Below, piece after piece: positions 1 through 9,894 of a stretch of DNA of 64,000 nt (position 1 is the stretch's first letter; each line of letters starts with the position of its first letter). The notes under the pieces are model-generated. The model did not search any database, was not told where the DNA came from, and saw only the letters and a program-made list of their open reading frames with translations. The position numbers and the translations under genes were made by a program. Origin of the DNA: a virus; UHGV virus genome UHGV-1579991; one strand, written 5' to 3'.

Positions 1-2068
1 CCATCAATGCTGCAAGTGCACCAGTTACAACTGCAAGTGCTGCACCAGCTTTGCTCATGTCTTCCCAATCAAGCAATTTATATGGCAACATTGCAATGCC
101 AAGAATGCCGACTGCTGCAGCCATGACAACAACACCAGTAGCAATTGACATAACTTGTTTGCTATCTTTTGCAACTCTTGTCATTACTGCGAAAATCGTA
201 GCAAGTACGCCGATGCCAAGCGCAGCTTTACCCATGTCTTCCCACTCGACAATTCGCCAAGCAAATATGCTAAGTGCAAGTACGCCAACCGCTGCAGACA
301 TTGCAAGCACGCCTAAGCCAAGCTTTTGCATATCGCCATCTTTGCCAGCAAGATGATTTGCGCCAGCCATTGCCAATGCAAGTGTAGTGATTGTTATTGC
401 AGGCGCAAATGCATATGTGTAATCAGGGATGAGTTCGTGCCAAGCCCAAATTGACAATGCAAGCACCGCTATTGAACCTGCAATCATCATCATTTGAGCA
501 CCAATGCCACCCTTGAGATTTGAGCCCTCTGTCTGCATTTTGCTGAACGCTTCGGCATTACCTTTGCCAGCAAGCGTCATACCAAGACCTGCGCCTGCAG
601 ATGATATGCCATTTGCAAAGCCGATTGCAAGACCCAATGCAACAATGACACCAAAGATTAAGCCAACAGATTCCCAGCTTGCTTCCATCAATTCACCTGC
701 AGCAACCACTGCAAGCACAAACAGAGCAATTGAACCTGACAGCATCAACATTTCTTTGCCCACTGCATTCTGCTGTCCTTTCTTGCCGCCGCCTGAACCA
801 AACAGCGATTCACCAGACAACGCCTTGCCAAGTACCCAGATTGCTCCGCTAACTGCAAGCAAAGCAACTGAACCCATAACAACACCGCCCCACGACACAT
901 TACTAAACAGCATCATTGACAATGCTACCATGCTAAGTGCGCCTGCAATCATCATGACATTCTTTGCACCAGCTGATGCATCTTTGTCAGTAATTTTGCC
1001 AATTGCCCAATATGCTGCAATGAATGTCAATGTGCCAAGCGTGAACATTCCAAGAGCTTCAAATGTCACAAGTTGACCAAATGACCATATTGTAAGACCC
1101 ACAAGAGCAATTGCTGCAGCAGCTTTCATGACAACCTCTGTCGTTCTATCAAGAGATGCCACAAGTGATTCAACTTGGCTGACCATGTCAGCCACTGCAG
1201 TCATTGACTCTTTATGAGATTTCAGAGTTTCAGCAGCATTCAAATACGAATCGACAAGCTTATTCAAGGCAGCCTCAAATCTTGGAGCAGCCTTTTCAAG
1301 CCTGTCGACAATCAAATCGATAGCTTCAAGACCGCTTTCAAGCTGCAACCGTTTGACAGGCGACATATTTGTCAAAGAGTCAATGATTGTCGCAAAAGCA
1401 GTAGCTATCGTGCCCATTTTTGGGTCAATGTTGGGCGCATTGCTTGCATTGGCCTTGATGTTTGCGATTGAGTCTTTTTCTTGACGTTCTGCAATGACGT
1501 CTGCAAATGTTGTCAGGTCATCAAGTTTTGATGACATCAATGCAAAGATGTTGCGTTGATTTTCCTCGATAACTTCAAGATAGACTCTTACAAGATCGCA
1601 ATGTTGTGTAAATTCAGTATGTTGTGATTCAACATGCTCTGCAATCACATCAAGCAAAACAGAAGCATCTGATATGTTTGTTGCAGCAGCTTTGTTTTCA
1701 ATATGCTCTGCAATGATTTCGAGCAATGCGTTTGTGTCAGACAATAATGCAGATACTGATGTTGCTGAAGATGATTCGTCTGTTTGCAGTTCAGATATGA
1801 TTTGAGCAAGACCTGCAAACATATTTGTTTCTGCACTCGAATCTTTTTCTTTCCATGATTGATACAAAACTGCACCAACAGTTGAGCACAATGACGCAAC
1901 AATAGTGTCATTGCCAACAATTGACATGAAAGTGTTTTCAAGCTTTGTCAGCTCATCATCACTGACATCAGTCGAAGATGCTAACGATGTGTCAGCATCT
2001 TCGAACTCTTGCCAGTTTGTTGGCTTGTCGCCTGTAGAATCATAGACGTTTGTTTTGTCTTCAGCCAT
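1..2068 (-). CDS. Partial CDS (C-terminal part runs off the window start): long protein with acidic helical N-terminal region followed by many hydrophobic segments and internal repeats; putative virion/tail tape-measure-like or membrane-interacting structural protein
   Basis: Minus-strand frame translates without stops from ATG at 2068-2066 (MAEDKTNVYDSTGDK...) to position 1; repeated units such as ...LSIFAWRIVEWEDMGKAALGIGVLATIFAVM... and ...AMLPYKLLDWEDMSKAGAALAVVTGALAALM...; plus-strand ORFs here are antisense artefacts. Confidence 0.45.
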   Translation of the reverse strand, partial: MAEDKTNVYDSTGDKPTNWQEFEDADTSLASSTDVSDDELTKLENTFMSIVGNDTIVASLCSTVGAVLYQSWKEKDSSAETNMFAGLAQIISELQTDESSSATSVSALLSDTNALLEIIAEHIENKAAATNISDASVLLDVIAEHVESQHTEFTQHCDLVRVYLEVIEENQRNIFALMSSKLDDLTTFADVIAERQEKDSIANIKANASNAPNIDPKMGTIATAFATIIDSLTNMSPVKRLQLESGLEAIDLIVDRLEKAAPRFEAALNKLVDSYLNAAETLKSHKESMTAVADMVSQVESLVASLDRTTEVVMKAAAAIALVGLTIWSFGQLVTFEALGMFTLGTLTFIAAYWAIGKITDKDASAGAKNVMMIAGALSMVALSMMLFSNVSWGGVVMGSVALLAVSGAIWVLGKALSGESLFGSGGGKKGQQNAVGKEMLMLSGSIALFVLAVVAAGELMEASWESVGLIFGVIVALGLAIGFANGISSAGAGLGMTLAGKGNAEAFSKMQTEGSNLKGGIGAQMMMIAGSIAVLALSIWAWHELIPDYTYAFAPAITITTLALAMAGANHLAGKDGDMQKLGLGVLAMSAAVGVLALSIFAWRIVEWEDMGKAALGIGVLATIFAVMTRVAKDSKQVMSIATGVVVMAAAVGILGIAMLPYKLLDWEDMSKAGAALAVVTGALAALM

Positions 2069-2077
2069 AGTGTATCA

Positions 2078-2332
2078 TCAGAACTTTGGCAGTTCAAAAT
2101 TGTTGTTGAACTTTGGCATTGGCAGACTTGTTGGCATCATTGACTTTGCTTTGCGCATATATGCGTCTTGCTGAGCCTTGATACTTTTCTGAGTACTGCC
2201 TTGCGAATCGCCATCGCCTTTTCGAGCTTCTTCTTCAGTTTTGATAAGCTCAAGTACATCATCCAACAGCCATTGATATTCATAGTATGGCAATGCGTCC
2301 AATTCAGAAAACTGAAGAGGGCATTTTTGCAT
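2078..2332 (-). CDS. Small hypothetical protein (internal Met start chosen to avoid overlap with upstream gene)
   Basis: ORF 2078-2476; N-terminal portion overlaps 2349-3371 gene, so start placed at MQKCPLQF... Confidence 0.3.
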   Translation of the reverse strand: MQKCPLQFSELDALPYYEYQWLLDDVLELIKTEEEARKGDGDSQGSTQKSIKAQQDAYMRKAKSMMPTSLPMPKFNNNFELPKF

Positions 2333-2348
2333 GATGTATATGCGATTC

Positions 2349-3371
2349 TTACAAAAGTTCCGATTCGAGATTTTGAACTGGTTGAAAAATCTGCTTGATT
2401 CCCTCTGGAAATCGAAACGGGGCTTCACCCTCCATGTGACACTTCGGGCAAGTGAACTTGATATTGTTAGATGCAAGAATCATGCACTTAGACAAAATCT
2501 TCAGTTTAAGCGGCAATTCTTTGAATGCATCCATTGCTTGGAACGACTGACAAATTTGCTCAGCTTTCTTGACATTAAGACCTCGCCAATCAGGTGTAAG
2601 CCACTGAGCTGCAAGAATATATGTCTTTGCATTCATCAATGTGTCTTTGTCAAGTGTTCGCATGTACTCTGCAAAAACTTTGCCAACGCCGATTGTCGAT
2701 GGCTTGAGTACAAGTTCGCCATACGAACGAGTTTGAACTCGATAGCAGCCGGTTTCAGAATCAATGTACTTGTCCATTGACTCATCGGGCTCATCCCAAG
2801 TCATGTTATCAGCAGTCAAGTCAAGCTTAAAATTATGCTTGCAAGTGCCTGATGAAATTTCCAGCGTAATTGGATTTGTCAGCTCAGAGTTCTCAGGGAA
2901 TGTGAGGTCGTGAATCAACATTATTAAGCGCCACTTGTCATGTTCGTATATATCATCAACTGACCAATGATTCATACCAGACTTGCTGACACATCGAACA
3001 CATACCTTGACAATGTCGTTCAAATATGTTGCTGCTTCAGCTGGATTTGCATTGTCATCAAGATTTGACCAGTGACGAATTTCACCTGCTCGGCAAGCTC
3101 GATAGATAATTTGCAAATCACTTGGGTACAGTCGGCCTTGCTTAGCAAGCTTCGTCATGTCAACATTGAACCAGCCAGTATCTGTAACTTCTGATTGACG
3201 CGCTCTTTCTGCAATGCGCTCTTGAGCTACTTCAGTTGCAGCGTCAATTGCGCTGTCATTGATTTTTGTAGCTGCTTCAGCTTCTTCTACTGCAGATGCA
3301 AGTGGATTGTTTCGACCTGCATTCTCACCACCATCTGCTGGAATGCTAAGACGTTTTCTTTCTTGTGGCAT
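2349..3371 (-). CDS. Hypothetical protein, 340 aa, C-terminal Cys/His cluster (FTCPKCH)
   Basis: Long ORF with codon usage typical of the window; no recognisable catalytic motif. Confidence 0.5.
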   Translation of the reverse strand: MPQERKRLSIPADGGENAGRNNPLASAVEEAEAATKINDSAIDAATEVAQERIAERARQSEVTDTGWFNVDMTKLAKQGRLYPSDLQIIYRACRAGEIRHWSNLDDNANPAEAATYLNDIVKVCVRCVSKSGMNHWSVDDIYEHDKWRLIMLIHDLTFPENSELTNPITLEISSGTCKHNFKLDLTADNMTWDEPDESMDKYIDSETGCYRVQTRSYGELVLKPSTIGVGKVFAEYMRTLDKDTLMNAKTYILAAQWLTPDWRGLNVKKAEQICQSFQAMDAFKELPLKLKILSKCMILASNNIKFTCPKCHMEGEAPFRFPEGIKQIFQPVQNLESELL

Positions 3372-3444
3372 ATTGTAATGTATTTGAATGGTTTTGTTTT
3401 GTTTTTGCTATCGCATTTCAAAGACAAATGATATAATCATTTGT

Positions 3445-4719
3445 TTATATATTTGACAGCTGTTTGCGTTGCAAAATTGCATGACCGCAGTCATATACTG
3501 CAACATAACCTGCATCAATCATCTCTTGCTCATTTTGTCCGCAGTCTTCAATATGTTCTTTTGTCTTTAAATGACACCAGTGTTTGCGAATTGTTGACTT
3601 GTCATCTGACAGTTGCGGATTAAGTGCGAAGTTAGTTGAGTCTACTGGTTCACCTGCAAGATGCTTTCGAATGACATCAATGACTTCATTGTCATCCATC
3701 CATTCGAATATTGTAATGCAAGTGTAGCCAAGCTTAAGAGCAAGCTGAGTTTTGTCGAAGTGATAGAATTTGCTAACATGCTTATTGTGTGTAGTACGGC
3801 CAATTAAATATGCAAAACCATATGTTGAATTGTGTGACCAAGTTGGATTGATTTCAATCAATAATTTGCAATGTTCATTACTGTAATTGAGGTCATATGA
3901 CCATCGCTCAAGATTGACATCATCAAGCCCACAATCAATCCCAAGTTCTTGCAGCAATTTGTCATGCCACCAATGGTTTGCTCGTGATTTTACATGACCT
4001 TGAGCATCACGACATTTAGCAGTCATACAAAAATATGGGACACCATAGCGTTGCATGTTAGTTGACGCAATTTTTTGCAAATCGCCTGCAGCAGACCCAT
4101 ATTTTTGTCGTTTTGTTGCAACTGCTACTGCAATATTGCCAAATTTGTTGCCATATCGTTTCTGTTTAGTTTCAAGTGCTTTGTCAATATTTATGATGCC
4201 TCTTGTACCATGTTCTTTTTCACGTTTAGCTAAAATTGTTTGCATGTCGCCAAGTTTGTTGCCATATCGTTGCAATTTAGTTTCATGCATTTTTGCAATA
4301 TTTGTCCAACTATCACCATAATGTTGTCTATGTGTTGCAGCGCAACGTGCTTTGTCACCAAACATGTGTCCAAACTTTGCTAAACGACGCTCAACAAATT
4401 TTTGCATGTCACCCATGCCATTACCATATCGTTTCTGCTTAGTTGCAACAGCCTTTTGCATATTGACACCTCGATAGCCATAACGCATTTCTATTGTTGT
4501 AGTAATTTTATCACTGATGACTTTTGATTGCTGAGCATACTCAAAACCATATTTACGCAAGCAGCCAATTCGCTTATTATATTTCAAACGAATTTTACCA
4601 TGTGATGTCTTCTTTGGGCCATACCATTCATATGGCGTTTCTGCAATCAATTTATCACGTTCAGCTTCAAGTTCTTTTATTCGAGCTTCAAGAGCTTCAC
4701 CTATTAATTGTGTTGCCAT
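3445..4719 (-). CDS. Free-standing homing-endonuclease-like protein (family A): N-terminal coiled coil, tandem YG-repeats, C-terminal PD-(D/E)xK-like nuclease core
   Basis: N-term GEALEARIKELEAERD; repeats KQKRYGNGMGD / LQRYGNKLGD / KQKRYGNKFGN; C-term LLIEINPTWSHN...GYTCITIFEW; paralogs at 16935-18126 and 60966-62027. Confidence 0.5.
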   Translation of the reverse strand: MATQLIGEALEARIKELEAERDKLIAETPYEWYGPKKTSHGKIRLKYNKRIGCLRKYGFEYAQQSKVISDKITTTIEMRYGYRGVNMQKAVATKQKRYGNGMGDMQKFVERRLAKFGHMFGDKARCAATHRQHYGDSWTNIAKMHETKLQRYGNKLGDMQTILAKREKEHGTRGIINIDKALETKQKRYGNKFGNIAVAVATKRQKYGSAAGDLQKIASTNMQRYGVPYFCMTAKCRDAQGHVKSRANHWWHDKLLQELGIDCGLDDVNLERWSYDLNYSNEHCKLLIEINPTWSHNSTYGFAYLIGRTTHNKHVSKFYHFDKTQLALKLGYTCITIFEWMDDNEVIDVIRKHLAGEPVDSTNFALNPQLSDDKSTIRKHWCHLKTKEHIEDCGQNEQEMIDAGYVAVYDCGHAILQRKQLSNI

Positions 4720-4778
4720 TATAAAATATTGAGATATTCAATATATGTACATATAATACGAATATTCAAATTAAACAT

Positions 4779-6770
4779 ATGTCTGAAGTTAAGCATCAAG
4801 TATATGACCCTGTAGCACAATTCAAATCTGCAGAAGAAAAGGAAGCTGCAAGAGTCGTGTGGTGTTCAGAAAGTGTGCGTCGTGCATATGCAGCAGTTGA
4901 CCAAGGCCTGCCATTACGGTCGAATCCCTGGTTCTTTGGCAATATTGCATTGCGTAAGCCAGGACTATTGTATAGATACTCTGACGTAGAGCTACGTGAA
5001 TGGCTTAGATGTGCTTATGATATACTGTACTTTGCCAACACATACGCTACACTCATGACACCTGCAGGTGTGCGAATGCATATTACGTTGCGACCATATC
5101 AGAAAAAAATGCTTCGTGCGTATCAAAAGCAAAAGTACATTATAAGTTTGTGTGGACGACAAATAGGCAAAACTACGACTGCTGCAATTTTCCTCGCTTG
5201 GGCTGTCATTTTCAATCGTGAGCTCAACATAGCAGTACTTGGCGACCGCTTGGCTACATCAAGTGAAAACCTGAACAAAACAAAAGACATCATAAACAAT
5301 CTGCCATTCTTTATGAAGCCTGGTGTGTTTGTTTGGAATGGTGGAATGGTCGCATTTGACAATGGCTGCAAAATTATCACAGGTACTGCTCAAAAGTCAT
5401 CACTTGTCGGTAAAACAATTCACATCTTGTATCTTGATGAGCTCGCAATTCCGCCTGCTCAGCAATCAAAGACTCTTGTAGACTATGCATTGCCCACAAT
5501 TGCATCATTGCCAACTGGCAAAGTTATCGTAACATCTACGCCATCTGGTGATAATGTGTTCAAGACTTTGTGGCTTGGTGCAATTAACAAAACAAATGGA
5601 TTCTTTCCAATTCAAGTAAACTGGTGGGACATTCCAGGTCGTGATGAAAAGTGGAAAGCTGAACAAATTGCAATTCTTGGTGAAGATGCTTTCAATGAGC
5701 AATACAACTGCGTGTTCTTGTCAGGTGCAACGTCAATTTTCAATTCAAGAGCAATTGATGATATTGCAAGACGACAACAAAAGTATGAATTTGTTGCTGA
5801 TGAGCGTCTTGAATCGCTGCTCAGATTTTTCATTGCTGATTCAGATGTTGGCACTGAACCTGAGCCGCATTCATTTATGACTTGGCGTGCAGATATTGAC
5901 CCAGCGACACTCAAAAATGAAACATGTATCATCAACATCGACATCGCTGAAGGCTTATCTGGCGACTTTTCTGTCATACATGTGCATCGTATAGTTGACA
6001 TTGCAAAAGATGCTGAACTTGAACTTGATGCAAGCAATCTGTATGATATGTTTGACGATGACAAAAAATCATTGTTTGCAAAAGCAGTTGAAATGCAACG
6101 TCAAATGTCGGCAACACAAGCTCAAGATGATGACGATGATGACGATGACGACTGGTTTGGCGCAGACGATGATGTTGCTCAAGGAGTCGATGCATATCAA
6201 GATTATGCGAATGCTGCAGTAGAAGAGATTGGCTTGTGGCGCTCAAATGTGACGTCAATTAAAGTCATGGCTCTGTATTTGCAGTTCTTAATGACATATG
6301 TGTTTGACGCAAACAAAACAAAGATTATCTATGAACGCAACAAATATGGTGGAGAGTTTCGTTCATATTGTTTGTCTGAACGTGCACGCAATATTGCAAT
6401 TGATGAAGAGAGCTTCGTAAGCTTCCAACGAACTCTTGGTTCAGAACAACTTGCACCAGGCTGTTCAATTACGCCTGGCACCAAACCAGTGTACGTAAGA
6501 CAGCTCAAAGACCTTATTGAAACTGGCAAGATTCTTGAAAACAATGCAGATACGCAAAGAGAGCTTACATACTTTGGCGGTGTCAAAGGCAAGAATGGTC
6601 ATGTGTCATATCAGGCATCACCAGGCTTCCATGATGACATTGCAATGACTCTTGTATCTCTTGCAGCATTTATGGACACTCGATGCAACGATTGGCTTGA
6701 ACTGCTTGATGTGTTCTACAATGGCAGCAGTCAAACAAGTTCTGATGATGACGATGATGACTGGATTTGA
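4779..6770 (+). CDS. Terminase large subunit (T4 gp17-like)
   Basis: Walker A CGRQIGKTT, Walker B ILYLDELA, overall resemblance to gp17 ATPase region; ATG at 4779; unusual poly-Asp tracts (DDDDDDDDDW and C-terminal DDDDDDWI). Confidence 0.85.
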   Translation: MSEVKHQVYDPVAQFKSAEEKEAARVVWCSESVRRAYAAVDQGLPLRSNPWFFGNIALRKPGLLYRYSDVELREWLRCAYDILYFANTYATLMTPAGVRMHITLRPYQKKMLRAYQKQKYIISLCGRQIGKTTTAAIFLAWAVIFNRELNIAVLGDRLATSSENLNKTKDIINNLPFFMKPGVFVWNGGMVAFDNGCKIITGTAQKSSLVGKTIHILYLDELAIPPAQQSKTLVDYALPTIASLPTGKVIVTSTPSGDNVFKTLWLGAINKTNGFFPIQVNWWDIPGRDEKWKAEQIAILGEDAFNEQYNCVFLSGATSIFNSRAIDDIARRQQKYEFVADERLESLLRFFIADSDVGTEPEPHSFMTWRADIDPATLKNETCIINIDIAEGLSGDFSVIHVHRIVDIAKDAELELDASNLYDMFDDDKKSLFAKAVEMQRQMSATQAQDDDDDDDDDWFGADDDVAQGVDAYQDYANAAVEEIGLWRSNVTSIKVMALYLQFLMTYVFDANKTKIIYERNKYGGEFRSYCLSERARNIAIDEESFVSFQRTLGSEQLAPGCSITPGTKPVYVRQLKDLIETGKILENNADTQRELTYFGGVKGKNGHVSYQASPGFHDDIAMTLVSLAAFMDTRCNDWLELLDVFYNGSSQTSSDDDDDDWI

Positions 6771-6838
6771 TTTGTGGCACATCATCACAAAACAAGCCAG
6801 CAGAATTGTCTGCTGGCTTGTTTTGTGATGATGTGCTG

Positions 6839-7342
6839 TCATCGTTTTCGATGGAAGACTTTGAATTTGTATCGTAACGTTCTGTCATTATCTGTGCATG
6901 TGTATAGTGCAGACTCAGATTTTTTAGTCCACATTCGCCAATTGACTGCAGGAAATCGAACGTCGCCCTCAACATAATTGTCAATCATCGTCAAGTACAT
7001 TCTGTCTGCATAAATCATTGCTTCTTCAAACAACTTAGAACCGCCGATGATAAACATGTTAGACGCAAATGCAGACTTGCAATATGCTATTGCATTGGCT
7101 AGCGTGCTAAATACGAAATAGTCGCTTGTTGGCTGCAATGTAGAGCTTATAACAATGTTAATTCTGTCAGGCAAGGGTTTGCAATTCATCGACTCAAAAG
7201 TCTTACGACCCATGATGACAATGTGATTCTTTGTGAGTTTCTTGAAGTGCTGCAAGTCATATGGAATATGCCAGGGCAAATCACCATTGCGACCTATGAC
7301 ATTGTTATTTGATACTGCTGCTATGATATTGATGTATTGCAT
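6839..7342 (-). CDS. Dihydrofolate reductase
   Basis: MQYINIIAAVSNNNVIGRNGDLPWHIPYDLQHFKKLTKNHIVIMGRKTFESM matches the DHFR N-terminal signature (LPW...D...F...VIMGR.T.ES). Confidence 0.85.
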   Translation of the reverse strand: MQYINIIAAVSNNNVIGRNGDLPWHIPYDLQHFKKLTKNHIVIMGRKTFESMNCKPLPDRINIVISSTLQPTSDYFVFSTLANAIAYCKSAFASNMFIIGGSKLFEEAMIYADRMYLTMIDNYVEGDVRFPAVNWRMWTKKSESALYTCTDNDRTLRYKFKVFHRKR

Positions 7343-7357
7343 TGTTGATGAAGTTGT

Positions 7358-7669
7358 TTATAATGAGTCAGACACTACAGATGCATATTGCAAGACCTGT
7401 TTGCGAATATCACTGCCAATCAGTCGTTCATATTGCAGACGCAGTTCTGTAACTGTCATATTATCTGGCAGCTCTTTGACTTTGATAAAGATGCCTGCAG
7501 TGTCACCTTTAGCAATATAGCCTGTTTTCTCGCACATGTTACGCAAACAGTCAATATATGAATGTCGCTCAGATTTGACTGCACATAGCATTTGCTGCCT
7601 GCTAAATGACTCACCTACTGCAATGCTTGCAATGAATGACTTAAATGCATGCCAACGTGTCATTGTCAT
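7358..7669 (-). CDS. Hypothetical protein, 103 aa
   Basis: ORF in minus-strand gene array. Confidence 0.4.
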   Translation of the reverse strand: MTMTRWHAFKSFIASIAVGESFSRQQMLCAVKSERHSYIDCLRNMCEKTGYIAKGDTAGIFIKVKELPDNMTVTELRLQYERLIGSDIRKQVLQYASVVSDSL

Positions 7670-8124
7670 TACAGATTTGATTTGTATGTTTCACAGCGTT
7701 TCCAATCTGTTGCAGCTTTCAGACCCTTCAAGTATTCTACATACATTGGATGTTCCCATGCAGGGTCATCAGTTACAGCAACATAGCCTTTGCTATGCTT
7801 GTCTTTGTCAATAAGCATCTCTGCATATTTTGGCGCAAGCAGTCGTTTGTTTGCAGCCCAAGCAAAATGACATTTGATAAAGTGTCGCGTAATTCTTGTG
7901 TATGCCGCTTTGACAGACTTTAGCATATCAGGGTCTGCAATAACATCTGCCAAATTCTGTGGCGCTGCTGCAATGAAAACTGCTTCGCAGTCTTTATGCT
8001 TTGCAGCTATTTGCTGCAATAAGTCTTTATGTGAATTGAGATGCAGAATTGTCGAACAAATGACTACAATGTCTGTTGCAGGTTCAATTCGTTTTGCTTG
8101 TTCTTTAAGAGATGGTTGTTCCAT
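7669..8124 (-). CDS. Hypothetical protein, 151 aa
   Basis: ORF in minus-strand gene array. Confidence 0.45.
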   Translation of the reverse strand: MEQPSLKEQAKRIEPATDIVVICSTILHLNSHKDLLQQIAAKHKDCEAVFIAAAPQNLADVIADPDMLKSVKAAYTRITRHFIKCHFAWAANKRLLAPKYAEMLIDKDKHSKGYVAVTDDPAWEHPMYVEYLKGLKAATDWKRCETYKSNL

Positions 8125-8130
8125 GTTGTG

Positions 8131-8385
8131 TCAGATTTTGATATGTCGTAGCAAAATTTTATGCAAATTCAACAATGATTGCGCTGCATATGCTGGATTT
8201 GGTTGAAGCTCTTTGCAGTTGTCGCATTTCAATGACTGCTCAGTTATTTGAGCATCTGTGTCAATGTTAATTGCAGTTTGACAAACTATGCATTGCCATT
8301 TAAGCGTATGCGTATGTAAGTTGTCTACGAACAATGTAGAGCCAAACTTATCTTGCCAGTCTTCTGCGCATTTTGGATGAAACAT
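8131..8385 (-). CDS. Hypothetical small Cys-rich protein (possible zinc ribbon)
   Basis: CxxC pairs: WQCIVCQ ... CDNCKE. Confidence 0.4.
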   Translation of the reverse strand: MFHPKCAEDWQDKFGSTLFVDNLHTHTLKWQCIVCQTAINIDTDAQITEQSLKCDNCKELQPNPAYAAQSLLNLHKILLRHIKI

Positions 8386-8389
8386 ATTG

Positions 8390-9397
8390 TTATGCGTTGT
8401 GAGCCCAGTTCAGCCAAACGTCATCTATTGACTGTGTAGTGTATTCACAATCATACAAGAAATTTACAAGAGCATCATAATTGCGTCTGCCCCACAATTT
8501 GTGCTTCAAACTGCCGATTTCTTCGTCTTTCTTGTAATTGTTGTAGATTCGTTCAAGCATTGCTGAAGAGCCTGCTTTTGTGTCATATTCTGCCTCAAAC
8601 AAACAGCCACAACTTGCTTTCTTTACAATTATGCGGTCATACATTGACACTACTGCTCTCAAAATGCTTTTTGACTGCAATCGTAACACATCAAGTTTAT
8701 TGCATTGAGACTCCCATTTTTTGTACAATGTGTTGAATGATGGATTGTCAAGCAGCTTGTCTGCAATTGCGTATGCAAACGACATTGCATGCCAATCATC
8801 TGTTCTGAAGTCCTCTGTGTTATGCTTATTGTAATATGCGCCAGTCGGTGCACAACCAATAAATGCTTCAAGTTGTCCAGCGTCATTTCGCAATATACGC
8901 AATGAATGCTTATTAAAGAATGACACCCATATGCGATTATGCGCAACTATCACAGAATACTTGTTTTCACATTTTGCTGCAGCATCGCTTATTGAACGAC
9001 AATCAATCTGCTTGCAAATTGATGTTATGAATGCTGCAAACTCTTCATGCTTCTTGAGCTTGTTTTGCGTGACGTCATATAGATGCAACAAACCATTGAC
9101 AACAGAGTCAAGCTTAGCTTCATCAGACTCAAAACTACCAAATGTTTCAAAGACTCGCATCTCTTTGTCAACAAGCATTTCTACGATTGCGTCAATATCT
9201 TTGCTAAGCAGTGTTTTGGGTTCTAACGTTGCATGCATAAATGTCAATTGAAGCAGCGCATTCGCAGTTTGTTCAGACAGCACGTCATTTGCGCGCGCAA
9301 TGTCGATTGCAGCTTTAAGTTCTGTTCGTTTGACTTCAAAATATCGTTGCAGCTGTAGTTTAAGTTGCTGAGAATAGACATTATTTGGTCTGAGCAT
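8390..9397 (-). CDS. Hypothetical protein, 335 aa
   Basis: Long ORF, no recognisable motif. Confidence 0.5.
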   Translation of the reverse strand: MLRPNNVYSQQLKLQLQRYFEVKRTELKAAIDIARANDVLSEQTANALLQLTFMHATLEPKTLLSKDIDAIVEMLVDKEMRVFETFGSFESDEAKLDSVVNGLLHLYDVTQNKLKKHEEFAAFITSICKQIDCRSISDAAAKCENKYSVIVAHNRIWVSFFNKHSLRILRNDAGQLEAFIGCAPTGAYYNKHNTEDFRTDDWHAMSFAYAIADKLLDNPSFNTLYKKWESQCNKLDVLRLQSKSILRAVVSMYDRIIVKKASCGCLFEAEYDTKAGSSAMLERIYNNYKKDEEIGSLKHKLWGRRNYDALVNFLYDCEYTTQSIDDVWLNWAHNA

Positions 9398-9500
9398 ATT
9401 TGGGATGGACTCTTACGTTTATTTAAGAATAAAGTACCACAAGTTGTCAAGTTTTGCTAACTTTGACGACTTGTGGTACGTCTGTTTTATGCATGCACTG

Positions 9501-9869
9501 TTATTTGATTGCGCGTTCAAACATTCTGCAGCACCAGTCTTTATATGCTGGATTGCCCTTAACATCTGCTCGGAATGCACAGTTGATAAGAGTCTTCTCT
9601 TCATCAACAAAGCATGCATAACGACAGTTTGCACAGCAACGAGCATCTTCTTGCTTAGTACAGAATGCTGCACATGTCATGTCATCTTCTGTGTTGCGAA
9701 TTGTTTTTGTTGGCGTGTATTCATAAGTGCACTGACAAATGCCATTATGTTCACGATGAAAGAAGCAATTTTTGCAAACATGCGCAACTTCTTCAACTGG
9801 TGCTGATGCTGCATATGTTTGTTCTTGCTCTACTGCAGACTGTGCAGCAGCTTTAGTCTTTTTTGCCAT
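9501..9869 (-). CDS. Hypothetical Cys-rich protein (start at MAKKTKAAAQ; the longer ORF N-terminus is translation of a tandem repeat)
   Basis: ATG at 9869-9867; many Cys (CKNCFF, CQCTYEY, CCANCRYAC). Confidence 0.45.
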   Translation of the reverse strand: MAKKTKAAAQSAVEQEQTYAASAPVEEVAHVCKNCFFHREHNGICQCTYEYTPTKTIRNTEDDMTCAAFCTKQEDARCCANCRYACFVDEEKTLINCAFRADVKGNPAYKDWCCRMFERAIK

Positions 9870-9894
9870 TGTATCAAATGTTTGTATTTGTAAG

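Noticed and set aside
51-1076. Plus-strand ORFs 51-356 and 504-1076 with low-complexity Ala/Thr/Ser/Pro-rich translations
   Set aside because: They are antisense to the long minus-strand partial gene 1-2068, which reads cleanly in frame; the plus-strand products look like reverse-frame artefacts
5123-6258. Several minus-strand ORFs (5123-5380, 5505-5702, 5612-6064, 5974-6258) inside the terminase gene
   Set aside because: Fully embedded antisense to a high-confidence terminase CDS; translations are low-complexity
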